A stretch of 64,000 nucleotides of DNA from NCBI GenBank assembly GCA_964016885.1, contig OZ024740.1, forward strand, positions 228,346,001 to 228,410,000, in the 5' to 3' direction. Origin of the DNA: Eledone cirrhosa. Lineage: Eukaryota. The notes beneath the pieces are model-generated. The model did no database searches, had not been told where the DNA came from, and saw nothing but the letters and a program-made list of their open reading frames with translations. Of this stretch, positions 24,001-36,000 are shown piece by piece. Every line of letters starts with the position of its first letter. The stretch's first letter is position 1. The translations under genes and the position numbers were made by a program.

Positions 24001-27000
24001 AGTGTACTTGCTGTTGGAGGTAGTGTTGTTGTTGTTGGAGTTAGTGTTGTTGTTCTTGAAGTTAGTGTACTTGCTGTTGGAGGTAGTGTTGTTGTTGTTG
24101 GAGTTAGTGTTGTTGTTGTTGGAGTTAGTGTTGTTGTTGTTGGAGTTAGTGTTGTTGTTCTTGAAGTTAGTGTACTTGCTGTTGGAGGTAGTGTTGTTGT
24201 TGTTGGAGTTAGTGTTGTTGTTGTTGTTGGAGTTAGTGTTGTTGTTGTTGAAGTTAGTGTACTTGCTGTTGGAGGTAGTGTTGTTGTTGTTGGAGTTAGT
24301 GTTGTTGTTGTTGTTGGAGTTAGTGTTGTTGTTGTTGAAGGTAGTGTACTTGCTGTTGGAGGAAGTGTTGTTGTTGTTGGAGTTAGTGTTGTTGTTGTTG
24401 GAGTTAGTGTTGTTGTTGTTGGAGTTAGTGTTGTTGTTCTTGAAGTTAGTGTACTTGCTGTTGGAGGTAGTGTTGTTGTTGTTGGAGTTAGTGTTGTTGT
24501 TCTTGAAGTTAGTGTACTTGCTGTTGGAGGTAGTGTTGTTGTTGTTGGAGTTAGTGTTGTTGTTGTTGGAGTTAGTGTTGTTGTTGTTGGAGTTAGTGTT
24601 GTTGTTCTTGAAGTTAGTGTACTTGCTGTTGGAGGTAGTGTTGTTGTTGTTGGAGTTAGTGTTGTTGTTGTTGTTGTTGTTGGAGTTAGTGTTGTTGTTG
24701 TTGAAGTTAGTGTACTTGCTGTTGGAGGTAGTGTTGTTGTTGTTGGAGTTAGTGTTGTTGTTGTTGTTGGAGTTAGTGTTGTTGTTGTTGAAGGTAGTGT
24801 ACTTGCTGTTGGAGGAAGTGTTGTTGTTGTTGGAGTTAGTGTTGTTGTTGTTGTTGGAGTTAGTGTTGTTGTTGTTGGAGTTAGTGTTGTTGTTGTTGTT
24901 AGAGTTAGTGTTGTTGTTGTTGTTGAAGTTATTGTACTTGCTGTTGGAGGTAGTGTTGTTGTTGTTGGAGTTAGTGTTGTTGTTGTTGTTAGAGTTAGTG
25001 TTGTTGTTGTTGAAGTTAGTGTTGTTGTTGTTCTTGGAGTTAGTGTTGTTGTTGCTGGAGTTAGTGTTGTTGTTGTTGGAGTTAGTGTTGTTGTTGTTGT
25101 TGGAGTTAGTGTTGTTGTTGTTGGAGTTAGTGTTGTTGTTGTTGGAGTTAGTGTTGTTGTTGTTGGAGTTAGTGTTGTTGTTGTTGAAGTTAGTGTACTT
25201 GCTGTTGGAGGTAGTGTTGTTGTTGTTGGAGTTAGTGTTGTTGTTGTTGTTGGAGTTAGTGTTGTTGTTGTTGTTGGAGTTAGTGTTGTTGTTCTTGAAG
25301 TTAGTGTACTTGCTGTTGGAGGTAGTGTTGTTGTTGTTGGAGTTAGTGTTGTTGTTGTTGTTGTTGAAGTTAGTGTACTTGCTGTTGGAGGTAGTGTTGT
25401 TGTTGTTGGAGTTAGTGTTGTTGTTGTTGTTAGAGTTAGTGTTGTTGTTGTTGTTGGAGTTAGTGTTGTTGTTGTTGTTGGAGTTAGTGTTGTTCTTGAA
25501 GTTAGTGTACTTGCTGTTGGAGGTAGTGTTGTTGTTGTTGAAGTTAGTGTACTTGCTGTCGGAGGTAGTGTTGTTGTTGTTGGAGTTAGTGTTGTTGTTG
25601 TTGTTAGAGTTAGTGTTGTTGTTGTTGAAGTTAGTGTTGTTGTTGTTGGAGTTAGTGTTGTTGTTGTTGGAGTTAGTGTTGTTGTTGTTGGAGTTAGTGT
25701 TGTTGTTGTTGGAGTTAGTGTTGTTGTTGTTGGAGTTAGTGTTGTTGTTGTTGAAGTTAGTGTACTTGCTGTTGGAGGTAGTGTTGTTGTTGTTGGAGTT
25801 AGTGTTGTTGTTGCTGTTGGAGTTAGTGTTGTTGTTGCTGGAGTTAGTGTTGTTGTTGTTGGAGTCAGTGTTGTTGTTGGAGTTAGTGTTGTTGTTGCTG
25901 GAGTTAGTGTTGTTGTTGTTGTTGGAGTTAGTGTTGTTGTTGCTGGAGTTAGTGTTGTTGTTGTTGGAGTTAGTGTTGTTGTTGTTGTTGGAGTTATTGT
26001 TGTTGTTGTTGGAGTTAGTGTTGTTGTTGTTGGAGTTAGTGTTGTTGTTGTTGAAGTTAGTGTACTTGCTGTTGGAGGTAGTGTTGTTGTTGTTGGAGTT
26101 AGTGTTGTTGTTGTTGTTGGAGTTAGTGTTGTTGTTGTTGAAGTTAGTGTACTTGCTGTTGGAGGTAGTGTTGTTGTTGTTGAAGTTAGTGTACTTGCTG
26201 TTGGAGGAAGTGTTGTTGTTGTTGGAGTTAGTGTTGTTGTTGTTGTTGGAGTTAGTGTTGTTGTTGTTGTTAGAGTTAGTGTTGTTGTTGTTGAAGTTAG
26301 TGTACTTGCTGTTGGAGGTGGTGTTGTTGTTGTTGGAGTTAGTGTTGTTGTTGTTGTTAAAGTTAGTGTTGTTGTTGTTGAAGTTAGTGTTGTTGTTGTT
26401 GGAGTTAGTGTTGTTGTTGGAGTTAGTGTTGTTGTTGCTGGAGTTAGTGTTGTTGTTGTTGTTGGAGTTAGTGTTGTTGTTGCTGGAGTTAGTGTTGTTG
26501 TTGTTGGAGTTAGTGTTGTTTTTGTTGTTGGAGTTAGTGTTGTTGTTGTTGGAGTTAGTGTTGTTGTTGTTGGAGTTAGTGTTGTTGTTGTTGGAGTTAG
26601 TGTTGTTGTTGTTGAAGTTAGTGTACTTGCTGTTGGAGGTAGTGTTGTTGTTGTTGGAGTTAGTGTTGTTGTTCTTGAAGTTAGTGTACTTGCTGTTGGA
26701 GGTAGTGTTGTTGTTGTTGGAGTTAGTGTTGTTGTTGTTGGAGTTAGTGTTGTTGTTGTTGGAGTTAGTGTTGTTGTTCTTGAAGTTAGTGTACTTGCTG
26801 TTGGAGGTAGTGTTGTTGTTGTTGGAGTTAGTGTTGTTGTTGTTGTTGGAGTTAGTGTTGTTGTTGTTGAAGTTAGTGTACTTGCTGTTGGAGGTAGTGT
26901 TGTTGTTGTTGGAGTTAGTGTTGTTGTTGTTGTTGGAGTTAGTGTTGTTGTTGTTGAAGGTAGTGTACTTGCTGTTGGAGGAAGTGTTGTTGTTGTTGGA

Positions 27001-30000
27001 GTTAGTGTTGTTGTTGTTGGAGTTAGTGTTGTTGTTGTTGGAGTTAGTGTTGTTGTTCTTGAAGTTAGTGTACTTGCTGTTGGAGGTAGTGTTGTTGTTG
27101 TTGGAGTTAGTGTTGTTGTTCTTGAAGTTAGTGTACTTGCTGTTGGAGGTAGTGTTGTTGTTGTTGGAGTTAGTGTTGTTGTTGTTGGAGTTAGTGTTGT
27201 TGTTGTTGGAGTTAGTGTTGTTGTTCTTGAAGTTAGTGTACTTGCTGTTGGAGGTAGTGTTGTTGTTGTTGGAGTTAGTGTTGTTGTTGTTGTTGGAGTT
27301 AGTGTTGTTGTTGTTGAAGTTAGTGTACTTGCTGTTGGAGGTAGTGTTGTTGTTGTTGGAGTTAGTGTTGTTGTTGTTGTTGGAGTTAGTGTTGTTGTTG
27401 TTGAAGGTAGTGTACTTGCTGTTGGAGGAAGTGTTGTTGTTGTTGGAGTTAGTGTTGTTGTTGTTGTTGGAGTTAGTGTTGTTGTTGTTGGAGTTAGTGT
27501 TGTTGTTGTTGTTAGAGTTAGTGTTGTTGTTGTTGTTGAAGTTATTGTACTTGCTGTTGGAGGTAGTGTTGTTGTTGTTGGAGTTAGTGTTGTTGTTGTT
27601 GTTAGAGTTAGTGTTGTTGTTGTTGAAGTTAGTGTTGTTGTTGTTGGAGTTAGTGTTGCTGTTGTTGGAGTTAGTGTTGTTGTTGTTGTTGGAGTTAGTG
27701 TTGTTGTTGTTGGAGTTAGTGTTGTTGTTGTTGGACTTAGTGTTGTTGTTGTTGGAGTTAGTGTTGTTGTTGGAGTTAGTGTTGTTGTTGTTCTTGGAGT
27801 TAGTGTTGTTGTTGCTGGAGTTAGTGTTGTTGTTGTTGGAGTTAGTGTTGTTGTTGTTGTTGGAGTTAGTGTTGTTGTTGTTGGAGTTAGTGTTGTTGTT
27901 GTTGGAGTTAGTGTTGTTGTTGTTGGAGTTAGTGTTGTTGTTGTTGAAGTTAGTGTACTTGCTGTTGGAGGTAGTGTTGTTGTTGTTGGAGTTAGTGTTG
28001 TTGTTGTTGTTGGAGTTAGTGTTGTTGTTGTTGTTGGAGTTAGTGTTGTTGTTCTTGAAGTTAGTGTACTTGCTGTTGGAGGTAGTGTTGTTGTTGTTGG
28101 AGTTAGTGTTGTTGTTGTTGTTGGAGTTAGTGTTGTTGTTGTTGTTGAAGTTAGTGTACTTGCTGTTGGAGGTAGTGTTGTTGTTGTTGGAGTTAGTGTT
28201 GTTGTTGTTGTTAGAGTTAGTGTTGTTGTTGTTGTTGGAGTTAGTGTTGTTGTTGTTGTTGGAGTTAGTGTTGTTCTTGAAGTTAGTGTACTTGCTGTTG
28301 GAGGTAGTGTTGTTGTTGTTGAAGTTAGTGTACTTGCTGTTGGAGGTAGTGTTGTTGTTGTTGAAGTTAGTGTACTTGCTGTTGGAGGAAGTGTTGTTGT
28401 TGTTGGAGTTAGTGTTGTTGTTGTTGTTGGAGTTAGTGTTGTTGTTGTTGTTAGAGTTAGTGTTGTTGTTGTTGAAGTTAGTGTACTTGCTGTTGGAGGT
28501 AGTGTTGTTGTTGTTGGAGTTAGTGTTGTTGTTGTTGTTAGAGTTAGTGTTGTTGTTGTTGAAGTTAGTGTTGTTGTTGTTGGAGTTAGTGTTGTTGTTG
28601 CTGGAGTTAGTGTTGTTGTTGTTGTTGGAGTTAGTGTTGTTGTTGTTGGAGTTAGTGTTGTTGTTGTTGGACTTAGTTTTGTTGTTGTTGGAGTTAGTGT
28701 TGTTGTTGGAGTTAGTGTTGTTGTTGCTGGAGTTAGTGTTGTTGTTGTTGTTGGAGTTAGTGTTGTTGTTGCTGGAGTTAGTGTTGTTGTTGTTGGAGTT
28801 AGTGTTGTTGTTGTTGTTGGAGTCAGTGTTGTTGTTGTTGGAGTTAGTGTTGTTGTTGTTGGAGTTAGTGTTGTTGTTGTTGAAGTTAGTGTACTTGCTG
28901 TTGGAGGTAGTGTTGTTGTTGTTGGAGTTAGTGTTGTTGTTGTTGTTGGAGTTAGTGTTGTTGTTCTTGAAGTTAGTGTACTTGCTGTTGGAGGTAGTGT
29001 TGTCGTTGTTGGAGTTAGTGTTGTTGTTGTTGTTGGAGTTAGTGTTGTTGTTGTTGGAGTTAGTGTTGTTGTTCTTGAAGCTAGTGTACTTGCTGTTGGA
29101 GGTAGTGTTGTTGTTGTTGGAGTTAGTGTTGTTGTTGTTGGAGTTAGTGTTGTTGTTGTTGAAGGTAGTGTACTTGCTGTTGGAGGTAGTGTTGTTGTTG
29201 TTGGAGTTAGTGTTGTTGTTGTTGTTGGAGTTAGTGTTGTTGTTGTTGAAGGTAGTGTACTTGCTGTTGGAGGAAGTGTTGTTGTTGTTGGAGTTAGTGT
29301 TGTTGTTGTTGTTGGAGTTAGTGTTGTTGTTGTTGGAGTTAGTGTTGTTGTTGTTGTTAGAGTTAGTGTTGTTGTTGTTGTTGAAGTTATTGTACTTGCT
29401 GTTGGAGGTAGTGTTGGTGTTGTTGGAGTTAGTGTTGTTGTTGTTGTTAGAGTTAGTGTTGTTGTTGTTGAAGTTAGTGTTGTTGTTGTTGGAGTTAGTG
29501 TTGTTGTTGTTGGAGTTAGTGTTGTTGTTGTTGGAGTTAGTGTTGTTGTTGTTGGAGTTAGTGTTGTTGTTGTTGGAGTTAGTGTTGTTGTTGTTGAAGT
29601 TTGTGTACTTGCTGTTGGAGGTAGTGTTGTTGTTGTTGGAGTTAGTGTTGTTGTTGCTGTTGGAGTTAGTGTTGTTGTTGCTGGAGTTAGTGTTGTTGTT
29701 GTTGGAGTCAGTGTTGTTGTTGGAGTTAGTGTTGTTGTTGCTGGAGTTAGTGTTGTTGTTGTTGTTGGAGTTAGTGTTGTTGTTGCTGGAGTTAGTGTTG
29801 TTGTTGTTGGAGTTAGTGTTGTTGTTGTTGTTGGAGTTATTGTTGTTGTTGTTGGAGTTAGTGTTGTTGTTGTTGAAGTTAGTGTACTTGCTGTTGGAGG
29901 TAGTGTTGTTGTTGTTGGAGTTAGTGTTGTTGTTGTTGTTGGAGTTAGTGTTGTTGTTGTTGTTGGAGTTAGTGTTGTTCTTGAAGTTAGTGTACTTGCT

Positions 30001-33000
30001 GTTGGAGGTAGTGTTGTTGTTGTTGGAGTTAGTGTTGTTGTTGTTGAAGTTAGTGTACTTGCTGTTGGAGGTAGTGTTGTTGTTGTTGAAGTTAGTGTAC
30101 TTGCTGTTGGAGGAAGTGTTGTTGTTGTTGGAGTTAGTGTTGTTGTTGTTGTTGGAGTTAGTATTGTTGTTGTTGTTAGAGTTAGTGTTGTTGTTGTTGA
30201 AGTTAGTGTACTTGCTGTTGGAGGTGGTGTTGTTGTTGTTGGAGTTAGTGTTGTTGTTGTTGTTAAAGTTAGTGTTGTTGTTGTTGAAGTTAGTGTTGTT
30301 GTTGTTGGAGTTAGTGTTGTTGTTGTTGTTGGAGTTAGTGTTGTTGTTGTTGGAGTTAGTGTTGTTGTTGGACTTAGTGTTGTTGTTGTTGGAGTTAGTG
30401 TTGTTGTTGGAGTTAGTGTTGTTGTTGCTGGAGTTAGTGTTGTTGTTGTTGTTGGAGTTAGTGTTGTTGTTGCTGGAGTTAGTGTTGTTGTTGTTGGAGT
30501 TAGTGTTGTTTTTGTTGTTGGAGTTAGTGTTGTTGTTGTTGGAGTTAGTGTTGTTGTTGTTGGAGTTAGTGTTGTTGTTGTTGAAGTTAGTGTACTTGCT
30601 GTTGGAGGTAGTGTTGTTGTTGTTGGAGTTAGTGTTGTTGTTGTTGTTGGAGTTAGTGTTGTTGTTCTTGAAGTTAGTGTACTTGCTGTTGGAGGTAGTG
30701 TTGTTGTGGTAGGAGTTAGTGTTGTTGTTGTTGTTGGAGTTAGTTTTGTTGTTGTTGGAGTTAGTGTTGTTGTTCTTGAAGTTAGTGTACTTGCTGTTGG
30801 AGGTAGTGTTGTTGTTGTTGGAGTTAGTGTTGTTGTTGTTGTTGGAGTTAGTGTTGTTGTTGTTGAAGTTAGTGTACTTGCTGTTGGAGGTAGTGTTGTT
30901 GTTGTTGGAGTTAGTGTTGTTGTTGTTGTTGGAGCTAGTGTTGTTGTTGTTGAAGGTAGTGTACTTGCTGTTGGAGGAAGTGTTGTTGTTGTTGGAGTTA
31001 GTGTTGTTGTTGTTGTTGGAGTTAGTGTTGTTGTTGTTGGAGTTAGTGTTGTTGTTGTTGTTAGAGTTAGTGTTGTTGTTGTTGTTGAAGTTATTGTACT
31101 TGCTGTTGGAGGTAGTGTTGTTGTTGTTGGAGTTAGTGTTGTTGTTGTTGTTAGAGTTAGTGTTGTTGTTGTTGAAGTTAGTGTTGTTGTTGTTGGAGTT
31201 AGTGTTGCTGTTGTTGGAGTTAGTGTTGTTGTTGTTGTTGGAGTTAGTGTTGTTGTTGTTGGAGTTAGTGTTGTTGTTGTTGGACTTAGTGTTGTTGTTG
31301 TTGGAGTTAGTGTTGTTGTTGGAGTTAGTGTTGTTGTTGTTCTTGGAGTTAGTGTTGTTGTTGCTGGAGTTAGTGTTGTTGTTGTTGGAGTTAGTGTTGT
31401 TGTTGTTGTTGGAGTTAGTGTTGTTGTTGTTGGAGTTAGTGTTGTTGTTGTTGGAGTTAGTGTTGTTGTTGTTGGAGTTAGTGTTGTTGTTGTTGAAGTT
31501 AGTGTACTTGCTGTTGGAGGTAGTGTTGTTGTTGTTGGAGTTAGTGTTGTTGTTGTTGTTGGAGTTAGTGTTGTTGTTGTTGTTGGAGTTAATGTTGTTG
31601 TTCTTGAAGTTAGTGTACTTGCTGTTGGAGGTAGTGTTGTTGTTGTTGGAGTTGGTGTTGTTGTTGTTGTTGGAGTTAGTGTTGTTGTTGTTGTTGAAGT
31701 TAGTGTACTTGCTGTTGGAGGTAGTGTTGTTGTTGTTGGAGTTAGTGTTGTTGTTGTTGTTAGAGTTAGTGTTGTTGTTGTTGTTGGAGTTAGTGTTGTT
31801 GTTGTTGTTGGAGTTAGTGTTGTTGTTGTTGAAGGTAGTGTACTTGCTGTTGGAGGTAGTGTTGTTGTTGTTGAAGTTAGTGTACTTGCTGTTGGAGGTA
31901 GTGTTGTTGTTGTTGAAGTTAGTGTACTTGCTGTTGGAGGAAGTGTTGTTGTTGTTGGAGTTAGTGTTGTTGTTGTTGTTGGAGTTAGTGTTGTTGTTGT
32001 TGTTAGAGTTAGTGTTGTTGTTGTTGAAGTTAGTGTACTTGCTGTTGGAGGTAGTGTTGTTGTTGTTGGAGTTAGTGTTGTTGTTGTTGTTAGAGTTAGT
32101 GTTGTTGTTGTTGAAGTTAGTGTTGTTGTTGTTGGAGTTAGTGTTGTTGTTGTTGGAGTTAGTGTTGTTGTTGTAGTTGGAGTTAGTGTTGTTGTTGTTG
32201 GAGTTAGTGTTGTTGTTGTTGGACTTAGTTTTGTTGTTGTTGGAGTTAGTGTTGTTGTTGGAGTTAGTGTTGTTGTTGCTGGAGTTAGTGTTGTTGTTGT
32301 TGTTGGAGTTAGTGTTGTTGTTGCTGGAGTTAGTGTTGTTGTTGTTGGAGTTAGTGTTGTTGTTGTTGTTGGAGTCAGTGTTGTTGTTGTTGGAGTTAGT
32401 GTTGTTGTTGTTGGAGTTAGTGTTGTTGTTGTTGGAGTTAGTGTTGTTGTTGTTGAAGTTAGTGTACTTGCTGTTGGAGGTAGTGTTGTTGTTGTTGGAG
32501 TTAGTGTTGTTGTTGTTGTTGGAGTTAGTGTTGTTGTTCTTGAAGTTAGTGTACTTGCTGTTGGAGGTAGTGTTGTCGTTGTTGGAGTTAGTGTTGTTGT
32601 TGTTGTTGGAGTTAGTGTTGTTGTTGTTGGAGTTAGTGTTGTTGTTCTTGAAGCTAGTGTACTTGCTGTTGGAGGTAGTGTTGTTGTTGTTGGAGTTAGT
32701 GTTGTTGTTGTTGTTGGAGTTAGTGTTGTTGTTGTTGAAGGTAGTGTACTTGCTGTTGGAGGTAGTGTTGTTGTTGTTGGAGTTAGTGTTGTTGTTGTTG
32801 TTGGAGTTAGTGTTGTTGTTGTTGAAGGTAGTGTACTTGCTGTTGGAGGAAGTGTTGTTGTTGTTGGAGTTAGTGTTGTTGTTGTTGTTGGAGTTAGTGT
32901 TGTTGTTGTTGGAGTTAGTGTTGTTGTTGTTGAAGTTAGTGTTGTTGTTGTTGGAGTTAGTGTTGTTGTTGTTGGAGTTAGTGTTGTTGTTGTTGTTGGA

Positions 33001-36000
33001 GTTAGTGTTGTTGTTGTTGTTGAAGTTATTGTACTTGCTGTTGGAGGTAGTGTTGTTGTTGTTGGAGTTAGTGTTGTTGTTGTTAGAGTTAGTGTTGTTG
33101 TTGTTGAAGTTAGTGTTGTTGTTGTTGGAGTTAGTGTTGTTGTTGTTGGAGTTAGTGTTGTTGTTGTTGTTGGAGTTAGTGTTGTTGTTGTTGGAGTTAG
33201 TGTTGTTGTTGTTGGACTTAGTGTTGTTGTTGTTGGAGTTAGTGTTGTTGTTGTTGTTAGAGTTAGTGTTGTTGTTGTTGTTGGAGTTAGTGTTGTTGTT
33301 GTTGTTGTTGGAGTTAGTGTTGTTGTTCTTGAAGTTAGTGTACTTGCTGTTGGAGGTAGTGTTGTTGTTGTTGGAGTTAGTGTTGTTGTTCTTGAAGTTA
33401 GTGTACTTGCTGTTGGAGGTAGTGTTGTTGTTGTTGGAGTTAGTGTTGTTGTTGTTGAAGTTAGTGTACTTGCTGTTGGAGGTAGTGTTGTTGTTGTTGG
33501 AGTTAGTGTTGTTGTTGTTGTTGGAGTTAGTGTTGTTGTTGTTGAAGTTAGTGTACTTGCTGTTGGAGGTAGTGTTGTTGTTGTTGGAGTTAGTGTTGTT
33601 GTTGTTGTTAGAGTTAGTGTTGTTGTTGTTGTTGGAGTTAGTGTTGTTGTTGTTGTTGGAGTTAGTGTTGTTGTTGTTGGAGTTAGTGTTGTTGTTGTTG
33701 GAGTTAATGTTGTTGTTGTTGGACTTAGTGTTGTTGTTGTTGGAGTTAGTGTTGTTGTTGGAGTTAGTGTTGTTGTTGCTGGAGTTAGTGTTGTTGTTGT
33801 TGTTGGAGTTAGTGTTGTTGTTGCTGGAGTTAGTGTTGTTGTTGTTGGAGTTAGTGTTGTTGTTGTTGTTGGAGTTAGTGTTGTTGTTGTTGGAGTTAGT
33901 GTTGTTGTTGTTGGAGTTAGTGTTGTTGTTGTTGGAGTTAGTGTTGTTGTTGTTGAAGTTAGTGTACTTGCTGTTGGAGGTAGTGTTGTTGTTGTTGGAG
34001 TTAGTGTTGTTGTTGTTGTTGTTGGAGTTAGTGTTGTTGTTGTTGTTGGAGTTAGTGTTGTTGTTGTTGTTAGAGTTAGTGTTGTTGTTGTTGAAGTTAG
34101 TGTACTTGCTGTTGGAGGTAGTGTTGTTGTTGTTGGAGTTAGTGTTGTTGTTGTTGTTAGAGTTAGTGTTGTTGTTGTTGAAGTTAGTGTTGTTGTTGTT
34201 GGAGTTAGTGTTGTTGTTGTTGGAGTTAGTGTTGTTGTTGTTGTTGGAGTTAGTGTTGTTGTTGTTGGAGTTAGTGTTGTTGTTGTTGTTGGAGTTAGTG
34301 TTGTTGTTGTTGAAGTTAGTGTTGTTGTTGTTGGAGTTAGTGTTGTTGTTGTTGGAGTTAGTGTTGTTGTTGTTGTTGGAGTTAGTGTTGTTGTTGTTGG
34401 AGTTAGTGTTGTTGTTGTTGGACTTAGTGTTGTTGTTGTTGGAGTTAGTGTTGTTGTTGGAGTTAGTGTTGTTGTTGCTGGAGTTAGTGTTGTTGTTGTT
34501 GTTGGAGTTAGTGTTGTTGTTGTTGGAGTTAGTGTTGTTGTAATTGTTGGAGTTAGTGTTGTTGTTGTTGGAGTTAGTGTTGTTGTTGTTGGAGTTAGTG
34601 TTGTTGTTGTTGGAGTTAGTGTTGTTGTTGTTGAAGTTAATGTACTTGCTGTTGGAGGTAGTGTTGTTGTTGTTGGAGTTAGTGTTGTTGTTGTTGTTGG
34701 AGTTAGTGTTGTTGTTGTTGGAGTTAGTGTTGTTGTTCTTGAAGTTAGTGTACTTGCTGTTGGAGGTAGTGTTGTTGTTGTTGGAGTTAGTGTTGTTGTT
34801 GTTGTTGGAGTTAGTGTTGTTGTTGTTGAAGTTAGTGTACTTGCTGTTGGAGGTAGTGTTGTTGTTGTTGGAGTTAGTGTTGTTGTTGTTGTTGGAGTTA
34901 GTGTTGTTGTTGTTGAAGGTAGTGTACTTGCTGTTGGAGGAAGTGTTGTTGTTGTTGGAGTTAGTGTTGTTGTTGTTGTTGGAGTTAGTGTTGTTGTTGT
35001 TGTTAGAGTTAGTGTTGTTGTTGTTGTTGAAGTTATTGTACTTGCTGTTGGAGGTAGTGTTGTTGTTGTTGGAGTTAGTGTTGTTGTTGTTGTTAGAGTT
35101 AGTGTTGTTGTTGTTGAAGTTAGTGTTGTTGTTGTTGGAGTTAGTGTTGTTGTTGTTGGAGTTAGTGTTGTTGTTGTTGTTGGAGTTAGTGTTGTTGTTG
35201 TTGGAGTTAGTGTTGTTGTTGTTGGACTTAGTGTTGTTGTTGTTGGAGTTAGTGTTGTTGTTGCTAGAGTTAGTGTTATTGTTGTTGTTGGAGTTAGTGT
35301 TGTTGTTGCTGGAGTTAGTGTTGTTGTTGTTGGAGTTAGTGCTGTTGTTGTTGTTGGAGTTAGTGTTGTTGTTGTTGGAGTTAGTGTTGTTGTTGTTGGA
35401 GTTAGTGTTGTTGTTGTTGGAGTTAGTGTTGTTGTTGTTGAAGTTAGTGTACTTGCTGTTGGAGGTAGTGTTGTTGTTGTTGGAGTTAGTGTTGTTGTTG
35501 TTGTTGGAGTTAGTGTTGTTGTTGTTGTTGTTGGAGTTAGTGTTGTTGTTCTTGAAGTTAGTGTACTTGCTGTTGGAGGTAGTGTTGTTGTTGTTGGAGT
35601 TAGTATTGTTGTTGTTGTTGGAGTTAGTGTTGTTGTTGTTGAAGTTAGTGTACTTGCTGTTGGAGGTAGTGTTGTTGTTGTTGGAGTTAGTGTTGTTGTT
35701 GTTGTTAGAGTTAGTGTTGTTGTTGTTGTTGGAGTTAGTGTTGTTGTTGTTGTTGGAGTTAGTGTTGTTGTTGTTGAAGTTAGTGTACTTGCTGTTGGAG
35801 GTAGTGTTGTTGTTGTTGGAGTTAGTGTTGTTGTTGTTGTTGGAGTTAGTGTTGTTGTTGTTGAAGTTAGTGTACTTGCTGTTGGAGGTAGTGTTGTTGT
35901 TGTTGGAGTTAGTATTGTTGTTGGAGTTAGTGTTGTTGTTGTTGGAGTTAGTGTTGTTTTTGTTGGAGTTAGTGTTGTTGTTGTTGGAGTTAGTGTTGTT

